A stretch of 63,015 nucleotides of DNA, counting the filler, from Deltaproteobacteria bacterium (lineage in GTDB: Bacteria; Myxococcota; JACRCW01), in assembly GCA_016218805.1 (NCBI GenBank). It is 7 parts of 7 records of this genome, joined end to end, with 100 filler letters (N's around TTAATTAATTAA, not from the genome) between each part and the next. Parts side by side here need not be neighbours in the genome. Positions count along the whole stretch, not along the records: positions 1 to 3,379 come from JACRCW010000050.1; positions 3,480 to 19,239 come from JACRCW010000001.1; 5 more parts are not named here. The stretch is one strand, 5' to 3'. Within the stretch, counting starts at the first letter, position 1. Every line of letters begins with the position of its first letter. Shown in pieces: positions 1-9,133 of this stretch. Under the pieces are notes generated by a model. It saw nothing but the letters and a program-made list of their open reading frames with translations, was not told where the DNA came from and did not search any database. Both the position numbers and the translations under genes were made by a program.

Positions 1-141
1 ACGTTGACGCGCTCCAGCAGCAGGTACTTGCCGAATTGGATGGGATAGCGCGCCATGGGTCCTGCAAGGGCCCCCGTGTGTGGACGGTGAAGAAACGAGT
101 CTAGGTGCCGCCTTGGCTCAACGTCAAAACGTTGGACCGTC
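1..141. repeat. Exact duplicate of 43359-43499 (5' end and upstream region of the Ser/Thr kinase gene); contig-end overlap
   Basis: The first 141 nt of contig 1 are identical to the last 141 nt of contig 4. Confidence 0.95.
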
Positions 142-189
142 ACGGACGGTCTGCGCGCTTCCCGGCGGCGCCCGGGCCCGCGGCCACGG

Positions 190-897
190 TCACCCCTCCG
201 CGCCCAGGCCCACCAGCACGGCGATCTCGTCGCGCGTGCCCGCCTCCAGCAGCGCGCGCAGGCGGCCCAGCTCCCGGTGCGCGGCCTCACCCGCATCCGC
301 CCCCGGTACCGCCTTGTCCAGGCACGCCTTGTAGGCAGCCAGCTCCGCTCCGTCGAGCAGGAGCACCACCCGGTGCCGCCCCACGCCGGCAAGGACCTGC
401 CCGGCGGCCCCCGGGCGCAGCAGCGTATCCCGGCACTCCGGCGTGGCGGCCTGGGACAGGCCCGTGCGCTCCAGCACCACCGGCGCGTGCAGCCCGCCAA
501 ACGGCAACGACAGGGGTCCCACCAGCGCCGCCAGCGCCAGCTCGCCCACGGGCTCGCGGCCGCGCACCGCGCGAGCCTTCTCCACCTCCAGCGGGGGAAC
601 GGCCGGCTGCTTCTCCAGCGCGCGCGCAAGATCCGGCCCGCTGTTGAGCTTCACCGCCGCCAGCACGTCCCGCAGCGCCGTGCGGTTCACCGCCCACGCC
701 TCCACCGTCCCGCCCACCGCGTACGTGAACAACCCGCCCCCGTCCGTGCTGACCGTGGGCGGCGTCTGCAGGGTCTGCTTGAGCCCGGTGAGCAGGCGGG
801 ACTCCGGGCGGCCGCCGTCCGGCGCGGCGGACCGGCCCGGGCACCCCGTCACGACGATAACCAACGGCAGCAACCCGAGCCGGAACGGTGTGGTCAT
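190..897 (-). CDS. Hypothetical lipoprotein
   Basis: MTTPFRLGLLPLVIVVTGC signal peptide and lipobox; divergent from gdhA. Confidence 0.65.
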   Translation of the reverse strand: MTTPFRLGLLPLVIVVTGCPGRSAAPDGGRPESRLLTGLKQTLQTPPTVSTDGGGLFTYAVGGTVEAWAVNRTALRDVLAAVKLNSGPDLARALEKQPAVPPLEVEKARAVRGREPVGELALAALVGPLSLPFGGLHAPVVLERTGLSQAATPECRDTLLRPGAAGQVLAGVGRHRVVLLLDGAELAAYKACLDKAVPGADAGEAAHRELGRLRALLEAGTRDEIAVLVGLGAEG

Positions 898-1078
898 GGC
901 GCGCACCTCCGAGGCCCACGCTACCACGGCACCGGTCCGCCACGACGGGCGCCGGAACTTGGGCGCATGGTGGAGCACGGTGCGCGCGCCCGCCGCGCGG
1001 ACGGTTGACGCGGCGTGCCGTTGCCACCGCCGCCCGCGCACCGTATCACGCAGCGCCATCCGGGCCCGGGGAGGCGCC

Positions 1079-2497
1079 ATGTCGTCGACGGAAAACATGC
1101 TGGCGACGGTCAACCACAACTTTGACCGTGCGGCGCAGTTTCTCGACTACCCCGACGGGCTGCTGGCACAGATCCGCCAGTGCAACGCCGTGTTCAAGTT
1201 CCACTTCCCCGTCCGCAAGGAAGGCCCCGGCGGTGGCTATGAAGTGGTGGAGGCGTGGCGCGCCGAGCACAGCCACCACCGCCTCCCCTGCAAAGGCGGC
1301 GTGCGTTACGCGCCCGACGTGGACGGTGACGAGGTCCAGGCGCTGGCCGCGCTGATGACCTACAAGTGCGCCGTGGTGGACGTCCCGTTCGGCGGGGCCA
1401 AGGGCGCGGTGCGGGTGGACCCGCGCCGGTGTTCGCCCGAACAGCTGGAGCGCATCACGCGCCGCTACACCGCGGAGCTCATCCGCAAGAACTTCATCAG
1501 CCCAGGCGTGGACGTCCTGGCCCCGGACTACGGCACTGGCCCGCGCGAGATGGCGTGGATCATGGATACCTACCTGCAGATCCGCGGCGGCGAGATTGAC
1601 GCCACCGGCTGCGTCACCGGCAAGCCCGTGAACCTGGGCGGCATCCGCGGGCGCCGGGAAGCCACCGGGCGGGGTGTGGCGTTTGCCGTGCGCGAGGCGT
1701 GCAACGACACCGAGCTGATGAAGCAGCTGGGCGTGCCACCGGGAATCACCGGAAAGCGCGTGGCCGTCCAGGGGCTGGGGAACGTGGGCTTCCACGCCGC
1801 GCGGTTCCTGGCGGAAGCCGGCGCCGTGCTGGTGGCAGTGTCCGAGGTGGAGGGCACGTTGTACCGCGCCGGTGGCCTGGACCTGGAGGCGGTGATGCGG
1901 CACCGCGCGGAAACCGGGCGAATCACCGGTTTTCCCGGCGCCACGGACCTGCCCAGGACCGCCGTGCTGGAAGTGGACTGCGACATCCTGGCCCCGTGCG
2001 CGCGCGAGAACGTCATCACCGCGGACGTTGCGCCGCGGGTGAAGGCGCGCATGGTGGCCGAGGGCGCCAACGGACCGGTCACCGCCGACGCCGACGCGAT
2101 CCTCCGGCAGCGGGGCATCACCGTCATCCCGGACATCTACTGCAACGCCGGCGGCGTCACCGTGTCATACTTTGAGTGGCTGAAGAACCTGTCACACGTG
2201 CGGTTTGGCCGGATGCAGAAGCGGTTTGACGAGATGAGCAAGGGCCGCTTGGTGGACACCGTGGCGCGTCTCACCGGACACGGGATGGATGACCCCGTGC
2301 GCCGCACCATTGTGCAGGGACCGGGCGAAGAGGACCTGGTGAACTCCGGCCTGGACGAGACAATGAGCGTGGCCTGGCAGGAGATTCGTGAGGTCATGCG
2401 GCAGATGCCGCGCGTGGGAGACCTGCGGAATGCGGCGTTTGTGTCCGCCATCCGGAAGATTGCGGTGAGTTACATGGAATTGGGGATATTCCCGTGA
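1079..2497 (+). CDS. gdhA: Glu/Leu/Phe/Val dehydrogenase family glutamate dehydrogenase
   Basis: Motifs [58 protein letters not shown] upstream of the ATG. Confidence 0.95.
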   Translation: MSSTENMLATVNHNFDRAAQFLDYPDGLLAQIRQCNAVFKFHFPVRKEGPGGGYEVVEAWRAEHSHHRLPCKGGVRYAPDVDGDEVQALAALMTYKCAVVDVPFGGAKGAVRVDPRRCSPEQLERITRRYTAELIRKNFISPGVDVLAPDYGTGPREMAWIMDTYLQIRGGEIDATGCVTGKPVNLGGIRGRREATGRGVAFAVREACNDTELMKQLGVPPGITGKRVAVQGLGNVGFHAARFLAEAGAVLVAVSEVEGTLYRAGGLDLEAVMRHRAETGRITGFPGATDLPRTAVLEVDCDILAPCARENVITADVAPRVKARMVAEGANGPVTADADAILRQRGITVIPDIYCNAGGVTVSYFEWLKNLSHVRFGRMQKRFDEMSKGRLVDTVARLTGHGMDDPVRRTIVQGPGEEDLVNSGLDETMSVAWQEIREVMRQMPRVGDLRNAAFVSAIRKIAVSYMELGIFP

Positions 2498-2522
2498 GGT
2501 TGAATGAGATGGAAATGGAGAT

Positions 2523-2596
2523 GCGCCCGTAGCTCAACTGGATAGAGCATCGGCCTTCGAAGCCGAGGGTTGGCGGTTCGACCCCGTCCGGGCGCG
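2523..2596 (+). tRNA. tRNA-Arg, anticodon UCG (CCA not encoded)
   Basis: Acceptor stem GCGCCCG/CGGGCGC, D-arm AGCTCAACTGGATAGAGC, anticodon arm TCGGC-CTTCGAA-GCCGA, T-loop GGTTCGACCC. Confidence 0.95.
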
Positions 2597-2730
2597 TTCA
2601 GTTTTCCGTCGTCACCGTGACCTGGGAAATGCTCAACGCGTTTGACAGGCCACCCGCTTTGTCCATTTCTTGACCAGAATCACGCGCTGAAACGTTTCAG
2701 TGCTTGGAGAGCAGCGCCTGGTCCAGTTCA

Positions 2731-3266
2731 CTAGGCGCACTTGGGGCACTCGGTCACCTTGTCGTCGGGGCGGCGCTCCCTGTACCCGCAGCCATTCCGA
2801 CGACAGATGTGGTTGAAGCCTTCGATGATGCCCGCGCGCTTGAGCGCGGCCCGCAGGATGTCGACGAGTTGGTTGTCACGCTTGAGCATCTTCCCTTCGA
2901 GCGACGGGAACAGGTACTCGCTGCCGCACGTCTCGAGTTGGCGAGCCAGGAGCGGCCGCAACTCGTCGGAGATGACGACGAGGCGCGGCGCGCGGCCTTC
3001 GTCGGACCGTCGTAGGAATGGGCCACGCGCAGGTGACCGTGGACGAGATCGACGTCGGTGACACGCAATCCGAACAGCTCACCCTTGCGCAGGCCCGTGT
3101 GCACGGCCGTCGCGAACAGCGCGCGCCAACGCTCAGGCACCCCGGCGATGAGGCGCGGCACTTCTTCGTGGTCGAGGACGTTCACTTCGTGGCGCGGGAT
3201 CGGAACGGCGTCGACGGCGACGGCCGGGTTCTTCCCGACTGTTGTTTCCCGGGAAGATCCGCGCAT
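2731..3266 (-). pseudogene. Degenerate tyrosine recombinase/integrase with Zn-ribbon insert
   Basis: Box I ATAVHTGLRKGELFGLRVTDVDL; frameshift near 2995 (PTK|GRAPRLVVISDELRP); CRRNGC...CPKC followed by a stop, so the HxxR/Tyr catalytic C-terminus is missing; points toward the tRNA 3' end. Confidence 0.85.
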
Positions 3267-3379
3267 ACGGCACCGCGGACATCCGCGGTGGCGTACGGAT
3301 TGCTTGCGCTCACTCAGGCGCGTGGTGGCTATAGCAACGGGAGTTGTTCCGGCGGTGAGGGCGGCAGGGTAACTTCGGC

Positions 3380-3479
3380 NNNNNNNNNNNNNNNNNNNNN
3401 NNNNNNNNNNNNNNNNNNNNNNNTTAATTAATTAANNNNNNNNNNNNNNNNNNNNNNNNNNNNNNNNNNNNNNNNNNNN
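3380..3479. other. Artificial contig spacer (also at 19240-19339, 31264-31363, 43500-43599, 47670-47769, 59643-59742)
   Basis: N runs flanking a TTAATTAATTAA all-frame stop linker. Confidence 0.99.
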
Positions 3480-3665
3480 ACGCCGCCGGCTCGGCATCCC
3501 GTGCCAACAGGAGTGGACCCCCCAACCACGGGCCCGCTCCCAGCCTCCATTGGACACATCGCCGCGCCGCATTTCGATCCAGGCAAGCCCGGAGCCGACG
3601 GGGCCGCTAATCAAGTACGGTTCGCACGTATCGCCTGGAGGTGATCGTGCATAGCCTCAGTTTGC

Positions 3666-4463
3666 TCAGGACCCGCCATCCCCGCGTGAGCCGGCGTCCC
3701 AGTCTCCTCCGGGGCCGTTGCATCGCGGATCTCCCGGCACGCATGCCGCGCCAAGGCAACGGTCCACGACATAGGCCGAAGCATCCGAAGCGGCGGTTGC
3801 TGCGATGGCTGCACGGACTTCGCCAACCGTGTAATGGCACGTCGGATCGTTCTCGATTTGTCGCTTGAATACGGCACCTGTTGAACACACGCTCGCGGTC
3901 CCACGCCCACAGTAGAGGGCGTTCAGGCATTCGCCGGCGACCAGCCAGCCACCATCCCGCTCAAAGTACATGCTCTCCGGACCAACCCCAATCCCGGCCA
4001 CCGTGGTCGCACCGGTGAACCCGCAGGTGTCCAGTGGCCCTGCATCCAGCGCAAAGCGGAAGTCCTGCGTTGCCACCATCGCCCGGATGGGGAAACTGAG
4101 CCCATAGTCCCGCAGGATGTCGAGGTCGCGCTCCAAATAGTCGCCGCCGTCGCCGTCATATCGAGGAGCGCCCCACAGCAACGCCCACTCCGCCGTGAGA
4201 CCGCCTGCGATGGTCTCCACAACGGAATAGCGGGTTTTCGGACCCACGTGGAAACAGCCGAGGGGACAGAACTCAACAGGCTGTTCGATCTGGACCACGC
4301 CGAAGAACGGCCCCGCGGCAAAGTAGAACGGTGCCAGTTTCACCGGCCCGCCGGTTGAGGATGACGATCCAGCAACGCCCGCATCCATGTTGTCGTCTGG
4401 CTGTGAACACGCCAGCCACAAGGGCGGGAAGAACGCCAAGGCAAGGGCGCAGGGTTTCACCAT
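3666..4463 (-). CDS. Hypothetical Cys-containing lipoprotein, atypical codon usage
   Basis: MVKPCALALAFFPPLWLAC lipobox, then a DAG/SSSS linker; more AT-rich codons than host genes. Confidence 0.6.
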   Translation of the reverse strand: MVKPCALALAFFPPLWLACSQPDDNMDAGVAGSSSSTGGPVKLAPFYFAAGPFFGVVQIEQPVEFCPLGCFHVGPKTRYSVVETIAGGLTAEWALLWGAPRYDGDGGDYLERDLDILRDYGLSFPIRAMVATQDFRFALDAGPLDTCGFTGATTVAGIGVGPESMYFERDGGWLVAGECLNALYCGRGTASVCSTGAVFKRQIENDPTCHYTVGEVRAAIAATAASDASAYVVDRCLGAACVPGDPRCNGPGGDWDAGSRGDGGS

Positions 4464-4737
4464 CGCACACCCGGCAGCGGGATTTGTTTCATGATTTAAT
4501 CCCTCCCTCGGGCGGCGGGCCGCCTTCATGGTTCTTCCGCTGCAAGCCGCATTGCCGGGTGTTTCCCTGACTACGGGTTGCACGTCAGTTTGCGGGTTAC
4601 CATGCAGACAGGGCACCCGGACCCCCCCGATCGGGGGGGTCGCTGCGAGGCGGTGCGCAAGCACCACGCTTCCAGGCTTCGGGCCGGCGGTGCGGCAGGT
4701 ACTGGCTTGGGGCACACCGGCGCCGCAGAACCGCCGG

Positions 4738-6900
4738 TCAGAAGTTCACGGCGCCCCCCGGCACCACGTCCATGACGCGGTCCGCGCGGAAGCCGGCGTC
4801 CAGGCCGCGGGCAGCGCGGTAGTTGGCGTACGCTTCCAGCACGCGCTTCACGTACAGGCGCGTCTCCCGGTAGTTCACCGCCTCCATGAACGCGTCCAGC
4901 GGCAGGCCGCGCCCGCGCTCCACAAACCGCCGCGCCGGCTCCGGCCCACCGTTGTAGGCCGCCGCCGCCAGCTCCGGGCGGCCCCCAAAATCCGCCCACA
5001 ACCGCGCCAGGTAGCGCGCCCCCAGACGCGTGTTGGTGGCCGCATCAAACAGCGCGCCGTCTTCCAGCGCGGGCTCCCCCGCGCCGACCAGTCCGGCCGC
5101 GGTGGTTGGCATCAGCTGCATGACGCCCATGGCGCCCGCCTTGGAACGCACCACCGGCGAGAAGTGGCTCTCGGTCCGCGCAATGGCCAGGGCCAGGTCC
5201 TGGTCCAGTCCTTCCGCGCGCGCGGAGGCTTCCACCACCGCCACGCGCGGATAGGCCAGCCGGAGCCACCGCGCGTCCTTTCCCCCGTCCACCAGCGCGC
5301 GTTGCCGTTCGGCCAGCTGTACCGCCGCGGTGGCGTCCCCCATGGCCAGCGCCAGTTCCCCCAGCGCCAGCAGCCCATCCGGCGCGGCCCGCTCAGATGA
5401 CAGCAACCCGCGGAGCGTGTCCGAGGCTGCCGTGGTGGCCCCGGACTGGTAGAGGGCGGCCACGCGCGCCAGGCGTTCGCGGGCGGCGGCGGACAACAGC
5501 TTGCCGGTGCGCAGCGCCACAATGCGGTCCATGGCGTCGTCAGGGAGAGGCGCGGGGGCCTGCGGCAGGGTGGGCGGGCGGCCCAGGCGCTGGCACGCAA
5601 GCCGCCCGTACAGGCGCACGGGCAGCGTCCGGCACAGCTCCTCCAGGTGGCGGTTCCCGTCGTCAGCGCGCCCGGCCTGAGCCGTCCACACGGCGCCCCA
5701 GTAGCGGAAGTGCGCCGCGCGTTCGGGTCCCACGGCGGCCGGGCGGGCCCACTGCAGCGCGCGCTTGGATGCGTCAGGCACGCGCCCCAGCGCGGCCAGG
5801 GTGCGCGCGGTGAACCACGCGGCGTCCTTCTGCTTGGCGTTGCGCACCGCGGCCACGCGCTCCCACTGCGCCAGCGCTGCCGCCAGGTCGCCCGCTTCGG
5901 AGAAGTAGTACCCGGCCAGGTGGCGGTTCTCGATGGACAGGGGGTCCAGGGGGAACTTCTCGGCGATCTGCAGGTTGGCTTCAGCCAGTTCCCGCGGCGA
6001 GAGGTCCGCGGCCCGTGCGGCCAGCACGCTGCGCCACACCGCGGGCGTCTCCGCGCCGGCCGGGGCCGCCTGCACTTTGGCCAGCAGCGCCAGTTTCTCC
6101 GCGCGCCGGTCCAGCGCCCCCAGGGCGCCCGCCAGCAGCAGGTCGCGGCGCAGCGCTTCCTCGGCGGTGGCGGGCGGCGGGAGGGCGGTCAGCACCCGCT
6201 CCACCAGTGCGGGCAGCCGCTCCAGGGTGAGGCGGTCCGCCAGGCGCAGCGCCAGGGAAACGTCGAGTCGCCCGCCGCCCTCCACCGCGGCCTGGAGTGC
6301 GGCACGCGCCAGCATGGCGTCCTGCGGCTCCGCGTCGTCCAGCATGTCCAGCGCCAGGCTGACGCGCGCTTCCGTGCCCGCCGTGCAGCGCAGCAGCACG
6401 CGGCGCGCGCCGTGGCGTCCGGCGTGGCCCGGCTCCGCCGCCAGCGCGCGGGCGTACGCGGGGGCTGCCGCGCATCCATTCCCGGCGTGGTCCACGTCGG
6501 CTTCCACGTAGCGCGTGCCGGGGAGCGCCCGCCGCTGCATGGCCGCCACGGCGGCGCGCGCGTCGTCAAAGCGGCCCAGCCGGCGCAGCGCCTGGGCGCG
6601 CAGGGGCTCGGAGGTGTCCCACAGGATGTGCGTGGGCGGGATGGCGGCGAACTGCGCCACGGCACCCGTGTCGTCGCCCGCGGACAGCAGCGCCAGGCCG
6701 GCCAGCAGCCGCCCCTGCGGGGTCTGGGTGGTCATGGCGCTGTGCGCGGCGCCGGCCAGGTCACCCGCGCGCAGTTGCGCCCGCGCAGCGGCCAGCGGGT
6801 CCGGCCACAGGTAATCCGGCGGTGGCTTGCCCCACGCCGGGGCAGCGGCCAGCAGCACCGCGGCAGCAAGAGCGCCGGCGCGGCGCCGGCCGAGCCCCAC
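4738..6900 (-). CDS. Slt70-like lytic transglycosylase (TPR-like helical region plus C-terminal SLT domain)
   Basis: AIARTESHF, GAMGVMQLMPTTA, AAAYNGG, YRETRLYVKRVL; signal peptide after the inferred GTG start at 6900. Confidence 0.9.
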   Translation of the reverse strand: MGLGRRRAGALAAAVLLAAAPAWGKPPPDYLWPDPLAAARAQLRAGDLAGAAHSAMTTQTPQGRLLAGLALLSAGDDTGAVAQFAAIPPTHILWDTSEPLRAQALRRLGRFDDARAAVAAMQRRALPGTRYVEADVDHAGNGCAAAPAYARALAAEPGHAGRHGARRVLLRCTAGTEARVSLALDMLDDAEPQDAMLARAALQAAVEGGGRLDVSLALRLADRLTLERLPALVERVLTALPPPATAEEALRRDLLLAGALGALDRRAEKLALLAKVQAAPAGAETPAVWRSVLAARAADLSPRELAEANLQIAEKFPLDPLSIENRHLAGYYFSEAGDLAAALAQWERVAAVRNAKQKDAAWFTARTLAALGRVPDASKRALQWARPAAVGPERAAHFRYWGAVWTAQAGRADDGNRHLEELCRTLPVRLYGRLACQRLGRPPTLPQAPAPLPDDAMDRIVALRTGKLLSAAARERLARVAALYQSGATTAASDTLRGLLSSERAAPDGLLALGELALAMGDATAAVQLAERQRALVDGGKDARWLRLAYPRVAVVEASARAEGLDQDLALAIARTESHFSPVVRSKAGAMGVMQLMPTTAAGLVGAGEPALEDGALFDAATNTRLGARYLARLWADFGGRPELAAAAYNGGPEPARRFVERGRGLPLDAFMEAVNYRETRLYVKRVLEAYANYRAARGLDAGFRADRVMDVVPGGAVNF

Positions 6901-6980
6901 GCGGGCAGCGGCTGCCTCACAGGCGGCGTTGATGCCCGCACCGACCACGCCCCAGCTGGGCCCGGGCTCGGCAGGAGCCT

Positions 6981-7031
6981 CGCCCTCCCGTCGTCGTCGT
7001 CGTCGTCGTCGTGGGAGCCCACGGGAGGGCG
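6981..7031. repeat. Inverted repeat containing a (CGT)8 microsatellite
   Basis: CGCCCTCC(CGT)8GGG-AG-CCCACGGGAGGGCG in the intergenic gap between the response regulator and the transglycosylase. Confidence 0.8.
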
Positions 7032-7085
7032 CGCCTCCCGGCCAGCCCGTGTCAGCGCATATTTGGTGGTGGTGGGGGCGAGCCC

Positions 7086-7790
7086 TCACAGGCCGATGAT
7101 GCCCTGGCGGATGCCCTCAGTGACCGCTTCCACGCGGTTGGTCACGTCCAGCTTCTGGTAGATGTGCTCCAGGTGCGTGCGGATGGTGGCCTTGGACAGG
7201 CCCAGCACCTTGGCCGCCTCATTGTTGGACAGCCCCTTGGCAATGATCTGCAGGATCTCCAGCTCGCGTTCAGTGAGCGCGCGGCGGGTCTCCTGGCGGG
7301 GCGCGTTGGCGTCCACCGGCCTGGCCGGGTCCACCGGCGGCGGGGGAGGCGGCTGGCCTTCCATGGGAGCCCGGAAGTGCCGGAGCAGGCTGCGCGCCAG
7401 GTTGGGCTGGATCACGCTGCCGCCGCTCTTCACCTCCTTGATGCTCTCCACAATCTTGTCGGCCTCCGCGCCCTTGAGCAGGTAGCCTGACGCGCCGGCC
7501 TTGATGGCCTCCAGCACCTTGTCCTCCTCGTCGAAGATCGTAAAAATCAGGATCTCCATGTTGGGGTGCTTGGCCTTCACTTCGCGCGTGACGTCAATGC
7601 CGCTCATCTGGGGCAGGCCCAGGTCACACAGCAGCACCTCCGGGTTGCAGCGCTCCACCTCTTCCAGCGCGGCTTCGCCGCTGACCGCGGTGCCGACGAT
7701 GTCGATCTCCGGGTAGGCCGCCAGCAGCTTGAGTTGGTTCTTGAGGATCTTGGGTTGGTCCTCGACCACCAGCACGCGGATCTTGTCCAT
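7086..7790 (-). CDS. NarL/LuxR-family DNA-binding response regulator
   Basis: REC domain (VLVVED, LCDLGLP, GASGYLLKG) and LuxR HTH (LTERELEILQIIAKGLSNNE, HIYQKLDV). Confidence 0.95.
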   Translation of the reverse strand: MDKIRVLVVEDQPKILKNQLKLLAAYPEIDIVGTAVSGEAALEEVERCNPEVLLCDLGLPQMSGIDVTREVKAKHPNMEILIFTIFDEEDKVLEAIKAGASGYLLKGAEADKIVESIKEVKSGGSVIQPNLARSLLRHFRAPMEGQPPPPPPVDPARPVDANAPRQETRRALTERELEILQIIAKGLSNNEAAKVLGLSKATIRTHLEHIYQKLDVTNRVEAVTEGIRQGIIGL

Positions 7791-7888
7791 GGGCGCTTGC
7801 ACCTGTGTGGGCCCGGCCGGCGGTTGTTTTTCATCCCCGGGAGCCGCAGGCACCGTACCAAAGCACACCGACCGCGGTCACCCCCGGC

Positions 7889-9133
7889 TCACCGGCACAC
7901 CTTGAGGTCATCCCGGCCCAGGTCCTCGCAGGACTCCCCGGCGCCGCAGTTGAGGGACGTCTCGCACGCCCGCCGGCAGCGCGGGTTGGCGTCGGTGTCG
8001 TCGCACGCGAGCCCGCTGGCGCAGGCCGCGGTGGTGCAGGCTTCGTTCTGCCGGGCCAGCGTCAGGCAGGCGCCGCCCGGCGCGCAGACCTGCTCGGCGG
8101 CGCAGCCGGAGGCGGGGCACGGCGTGCCGCACAAGGCCCGCTGGTCGCCGGTGTCCCCGCACGCCAGGCCGTCCACGCACAGGCGCTCGTCACAGCGTTC
8201 ATCCAGTTGGGCCACCGCCACGCATGCGCCCAGGCCGTCCCGGCCGCTGCCCATCCGGCAGCTGGTCCCCAGCGGGCAGTCGGTGGTGGCCCCGCCGTCG
8301 GGCACGCCGCCGTCGGTGGCGGGCGCGCACTGCCGCCGGCAGAAGTTCCCCACCGGCTCACCCACGCAGAACAGGCCCGGGTTGCAGACGGCGGGCTCAC
8401 AGGTGGTGCCTTCCGGGACGTTGAAGTCATAGATGAACGTGGCCCGGGCCGGGGTGAGGTCCGCGTCACCGTTGTCATCCACGGCGGCCACCTCCAGCGT
8501 GTAGCGGCCGTCCTGCAGGCCCGTGAGCACCAGCGGCCCGGCCAGGATGGGGTCCGTCCACTGGCCCCCCCGGAAGCGGTAGCGGTACAGGCGCGCGGGC
8601 GGCGCGCCCTCCAGCGCGCTGGGGGTGACCTGGATGATCACCGCCACGCCGGAAACGCCGCTGACGTACGCGGGCACGGGCGGGTCAATGCGGGTGTCCG
8701 GCAGGATCCTGGTGGAAGCGCGGTCATGCTTGCGGGACAGCTCGCCCTCACCGCCCTGCGTGAACGCGGACACGCGCCACCACAGCGTCCCGTCCTCCAG
8801 CGCTTCTTCCGTCTCCTCCGCCACCGCCGCCACGGACGGGTCCGTATAGTGATCCTGTTTGGGGCCCAGCTCCGCCACCAGCACGCGCGCCCCGGAGGTG
8901 TCCTCGCGGTACACGCGGTACCCCTTGATGCCCCGCCCCGGCAGCCGCGTGAAGTGCAGGGTGACCTCGCCCACGGCCTCCGTAGCGTCGCCCCCGGCAC
9001 CCGTGTCCTCGTAGGTCACGTACGTGCCATACGCGTCCTCCACGTCATCCCGGTCAAACGGGTTGGAGCGCGGCAGGCACGCCAGCGCGGCCAGCGCCGC
9101 CAGCCATCCCATCCATGCGGCGGCGCGCTTCAT
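7889..9133 (-). CDS. Lipoprotein with FnIII/Ig-like region and Cys-rich repeats
   Basis: LAALAC lipobox; GYRVYR and GRYTLEVAAVD; Cys-rich C-terminus; 4-nt overlap with the upstream gene. Confidence 0.75.
   Translation of the reverse strand: MKRAAAWMGWLAALAALACLPRSNPFDRDDVEDAYGTYVTYEDTGAGGDATEAVGEVTLHFTRLPGRGIKGYRVYREDTSGARVLVAELGPKQDHYTDPSVAAVAEETEEALEDGTLWWRVSAFTQGGEGELSRKHDRASTRILPDTRIDPPVPAYVSGVSGVAVIIQVTPSALEGAPPARLYRYRFRGGQWTDPILAGPLVLTGLQDGRYTLEVAAVDDNGDADLTPARATFIYDFNVPEGTTCEPAVCNPGLFCVGEPVGNFCRRQCAPATDGGVPDGGATTDCPLGTSCRMGSGRDGLGACVAVAQLDERCDERLCVDGLACGDTGDQRALCGTPCPASGCAAEQVCAPGGACLTLARQNEACTTAACASGLACDDTDANPRCRRACETSLNCGAGESCEDLGRDDLKVCR

Noticed and set aside
3380..3479. TTAATTAATTAA motif repeated six times within N runs
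   Set aside because: Artificial contig linker, not biological; gene adjacencies across the linkers were ignored.
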